DNA of 24,918 nucleotides. Origin: Macrostomum lignano. Its lineage: Eukaryota. The notes under the pieces were generated by a model, which saw only the letters and a program-made list of their open reading frames with translations, was not told the DNA's origin and did no database searches. Each line of letters opens with the position of its first letter. Position 1 is the first letter of the stretch. Of the stretch, positions 21,278 to 24,918 are shown one piece after another. The position numbers and the translations under genes were made by a program. The stretch spans positions 1 to 24,918 of the forward strand of contig NIVC01005143.1 of the NCBI GenBank assembly GCA_002269645.1, in the 5' to 3' direction.

Positions 21278-21696
21278 TGTCAATGGTAAAGGTTAATTTG
21301 TCGATGGCTACGTCCCCACACCCCCGTTTTGTTTATTGCTCAAGTATGTGGAGCTTCGCCCCCACACCTGGCCCAGTTTTGTCTATGGTTCAAGTTCACT
21401 CGTGCGGCATCATTTCTTTTTTATTTTGGTATGAATTTAATGAGTTCAGGTATATAATCTTTGTCTGTTCTTTTGGTTCCTATGGCAGAGAAAGGCCGAG
21501 GACGCTGTTCTCAGGCCGAGGCGAAGCCGAGGCCTTAGAATTGCGTCCGAGGTCTTTCTGCCATAGACACCAAAAGAACAGACGAAGATCGTACTTAATC
21601 TACAGATATTGGAAACGACTGGGAGTGGGAGTGAGGTATTCGTCAAAAGCGGGGGTGTGGGGGGCGCAGCCCCCCCCCCACATTTAACCATAGACA
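21278..21696. mobile_element. Fold-back (nested inverted repeat) element next to the Crypton-like remnant
   Basis: Inner imperfect palindrome about 21456-21592 centred on GGC-GAA-GCC (21520-21528). Outer arms CCCCACACCCCCG / CGGGGGTGTGGGG and TGTCTATGGTT (21380) / AACCATAGACA (21686-21696). Confidence 0.7.
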
Positions 21697-21785
21697 AAAA
21701 TTAAAGTAAAAGATTCGATGCTTAAATTAAAAGCGAGAAAGATAAGGTTTGGGCAGCTAGAGGAAATCAGAGAGAACTGAGAATC

Positions 21786-22378
21786 ATGAAACACGACTTG
21801 GAACTCGCTTTCGACTGGTTGAATGACATTGAACTGAGAGAAAACGAGGCTTCTAGATTTGCTTTACTGTCCGATAACGAGGTTGCTGAAAGGATTGACG
21901 CTGCTGTGCCGGAATCGACACGCCGGAAGGAACGATGGGCACTAAAGCAATTTGACGACTGGTTTCAGGAGAGGCAAACCAAACTGCTTCATGGAGACGC
22001 CTGCGGTCTATCTGTGTCTACCTATCGGCCGGCTTACTCTCGACTCCAATTGTGGCGAATATCACCAAACCCGTGTCTACGGATGGTAAATTTTCAAACC
22101 AGTCTCTAAGGAAGACTTGTGCCAGCAGGTTGCATCGGGCTGGACTGGCTAGGGACGATATAGCCCGCGTCACTGGACATTCGTCCAACGCAATAGAGAG
22201 GTACATACGGCTAGACGTCAAGGACCATTCGCGTATGACCTACGCTCTACACGCCAGAGGAGCCGTGGAGTCCAATGGGCGGACCAATGAGCAAGATGTC
22301 GTGTCTGAGGGTACTACCAAGAAGATGCGCATGACTGTCCATGGTGACACCAACAGCGTAGAAATCATGTTCGAGTAA
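21786..22378 (+). mobile_element. Internally deleted Crypton-like (DUF3504 / tyrosine recombinase) ORF remnant
   Basis: The N-terminal piece SRFALLSDNEV..PESTRRKERWALKQFDDW resembles the N-terminus of Crypton/KCTD1/ZMYM-like proteins. In another frame, about 50-80 nt later, KFSNQSLRKTCASRLHRAG..IARVTGHSSNAIERYIR matches the YR C-terminal (H)xxR..H..Y signature with H changed to Q. The middle of the protein is absent. Confidence 0.8.
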
Positions 22379-22546
22379 ATCGGCAAGAATGAATCGGTCT
22401 TTACTGCTGTTGATAGTTTATACTTCTAATGGACTAACTGACAAATTATAGTCGTTCTAAAATATTCTCAGGCCTTGTTCTTAGGCCTGTTAACCGGTTA
22501 ACAGGACTCGTTTTGAGTTCTCAGGCTTCGTTTTTTAGTGAGGTTT

Positions 22547-23041
22547 GGCCATAGACTATCGTTCCACTAGAAAAGAGGAGCCTAGGAATTTAGTGTGAAC
22601 TGTCATATCTGTAGGTTAACCTGTATTCATTTGGCCCTCGAAATGGAGTGAGTTCTAGTCGGTTATGTCTATGGTTCCGACGGTCAAAACAATATGAGAG
22701 CTGTGCGGCTGTATACATAGAAAAATTCAAGTTTAGTACATGCAGAAAATTACACGTTAAATTAGGCCTGAGAAGTTCGCATTAGTAGAAAAAATTAAAC
22801 GCATAAACGAGTCGTTCAAAGCGTTTTTAAAGTCCAGACAAGATAAAGTGTTCGGTCAGAGTTGAAAAACAGCAAATTCCTATCCCGCTAATACATTTCT
22901 AAGCAAACTTTGAACTCCAAAGAACGCCTACTCTCACTATGGAAAACCTTTCTACGTTATCTGAGGTGCTTTAGTTTGATTAAAATTTATTTAAAGTTGA
23001 AGTGTTGAAGAATGAACTCAGCTAGTAATTAGTCTATGGCC
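22547..23041. mobile_element. ~495-bp MITE-like element with 12-bp perfect TIR
   Basis: GGCCATAGACTA (22547-22558) and TAGTCTATGGCC (23030-23041); non-coding interior. The TIR/TSD boundary is ambiguous. Confidence 0.55.
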
Positions 23042-23148
23042 TCTGCTGGCAGCTAGCATGGAATGAAGTTAAAGTCAGCTATATTGGGAAAAAAGTTGAT
23101 AACTTTCTCACAGGCATAAGCCTGAATATAATTAACTGGACTTTGAGA

Positions 23149-23402
23149 ATGCCGCGTCACTCCAAACATCTCGTAACGACGGGTCGTCTGTCCTCGATGG
23201 ATCGGCAGGCTCGAGTCCGCGGCGGCAACAATGAACTTCTCGACGAACTCCGATGTCAGAGGCATCGGAGACAGCAGCAGAAGGAGCCGGAGCGAATCAG
23301 CTTGGCTGACGACTACCTGGCTTCCATGAGCAACGAGGATGAAGGTCTGTACGAAGCCCGGATGCGGTATCTGCGGAAGGACAGGCGACCCAGTCAGAGC
23401 AG
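23149..23402 (+). CDS. Unidentified gene, probable first coding exon
   Basis: ATG 23149, open frame MPRHSKHL..RRPSQS in a GC-rich island, donor AG|GTGAGA (phase 2) compatible with the next exon. Confidence 0.65.
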
Positions 23403-24108
23403 GTGAGATTTAATCACCGATATTTAGTAGGCTACCAGCGAAGGTTTCTTAGCATTGTTGTGATCATGCAGAGAAGCGTGGCTGAGTCTCTTGATTCCTG
23501 AGACGGACTCATCACCAGACTAAAACGCAACGGGGCGTTTTGGCTCCGCCGCTAATTATCAAGACGACGCCAATGTTAAAAATTAATATAAAGCAGTTAT
23601 GCAAGCAGTTATATTCATTCCGTTGAGCTCTGAGCACGTAACACGCGTTCACGAATACGCATACACATACAGTGTACATGTATACCCACTGGGCCTTGCG
23701 GGTCGGTACTTCAGGTTGTGAATTGTTTGACAAGCTCTACCTAAGCTGCAGGTGGACTCGACCCCCTGGACTCTTCCGCACTGCTCCTGGTTCCCTTCTA
23801 TTTTAGACCAGACCAAACTGTTTGTGCTCTGTAAAATCGATGAAAGCAATCGATGCAAGAGCTATTTTTTTAGTCTACAACTCGACAAAAGCTTACTAAA
23901 AATGCCCTGAACTCACTGCTTCTGTAGCGTCCATGAGGTCAAGCAAATGAAGATATCGTAGGCTCCTCGTTCTTAAACCCTAATAATGGCTCCATCATTT
24001 GCGGTCCACAGAGTACCCTGTACATGTACACCCTGCGCCAGGGAGTGACTGTTTATCCGCACAAATCGGTTTTTGTCATGCAATACTGATTCATTCAAAT
24101 TCCCGCAG

Positions 24109-24391
24109 ACAGCATCGCCGTCCGCCGCCAGCGGAGAAGCACGGCCTGATCAACTTCGCCAACACAAGCCAGCCAAAGGTCGGCCAGAAGACCATACTGA
24201 GCTACAGCAAAGAGAGCAAAGAGCCGACCAAAGACCTGAAGATGCTGGTGCTGGCGCTCGTAAGACGTCAGCTACGCGACGAGGTGCTGCACATGAGCGA
24301 AATCGCCATCGAGCAGAACCCGTTCGAGATGGGCAACATGCGGCTGAACAGCTTCATTGCCAACACACCGGATCTCATGGACCATTGGAAG
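24109..24391 (+). CDS. Unidentified gene, exon 2
   Basis: TCCCGCAG| ... AAG|GTAAAC, phase 2/0. Encodes QHRRPPPAEKHGLINFANT..NSFIANTPDLMDHWK with strongly C/G-ending codons. Confidence 0.75.
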
Positions 24392-24589
24392 GTAAACAGG
24401 AGTCTCGCGGCTTAACATCGCGGTTTATTGGACTCACTATAGCACAATTTCGTTGACTTTTTAGAAACTTTTTATTACAAACGATCTTATCGTTTTAAAG
24501 TACCGTGTTACTTTGTAAATTGTCAATTGCACTACTTTAAGTAATAATAAACGAACTACTAAAGTGCAAAAATTAATCTTTTTTTCCAG

Positions 24590-24800
24590 GTGATGATGCT
24601 CTCAAGAGGGTATGCGGCTGATCGACAGAGAGCTTCGACGTTGATAATTTATCCTGGGTGGCTCCAGGCCCTTGTCAGCAGCGGCAGCACCGACTGGCGC
24701 AAGCAGTTCTCAATGCCGATTGACGAGCTCACCCTGGTGTCGCTGCCGCCGGATAAACCCGAGATTAGCCGGTCTCAAGTGGCCACGGAGTACATTCAGT
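24590..24800 (+). CDS. Unidentified gene, exon 3 (3' end uncertain)
   Basis: Acceptor TTTTTTTCCAG| phase 0. Encodes VMMLSRGYAADRQRASTLIIYPGWLQALVSSG..; I could not assign a convincing donor. Confidence 0.6.
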
Positions 24801-24918
24801 TGAGTCCAAAAGCTTCTGCTTTATGTTTCTGTTCCTAGATTTCATGAGAGACAAACTTCATCGTAAAAGTGTCCTTTTCTCCTCTACGTCTCGTATTATA
24901 TCATCTCAAGCAATCGTC

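Overview
This is eukaryotic (animal) genomic DNA with GT-AG introns, microsatellites, a SINE and MITEs. The style suggests an invertebrate, possibly a flatworm such as Macrostomum, but that is an inference I cannot confirm here. The backbone is a 6-exon alpha-arrestin (ARRDC/TXNIP-like) gene on the + strand (6529-20390, about 465 aa). Its 10.7-kb first intron holds, antisense, a tandem pair of 3-exon genes encoding N-terminal ankyrin repeats fused to a Mab-21/cGAS-like nucleotidyltransferase (cGLR-type) and an unrecognised Cys-rich C-terminal domain. Copy B (9332-12327) is intact at 936 aa. Copy A (13436-16487) would be 946 aa once four single-base deletions are corrected. The catalytic halves of the two copies are strongly diverged, yet a 726-bp block covering most of the ankyrin array is about 99% identical, which suggests recent gene conversion or module exchange (or an assembly artefact). 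A perfect ~129-copy (TACT)n tract separates the copies. The window also holds several non-autonomous DNA elements, a tRNA-derived SINE, a 42/44-bp minisatellite, an internally deleted Crypton-like tyrosine-recombinase remnant beside a fold-back palindrome, and the first exons of an unidentified gene at the right end.
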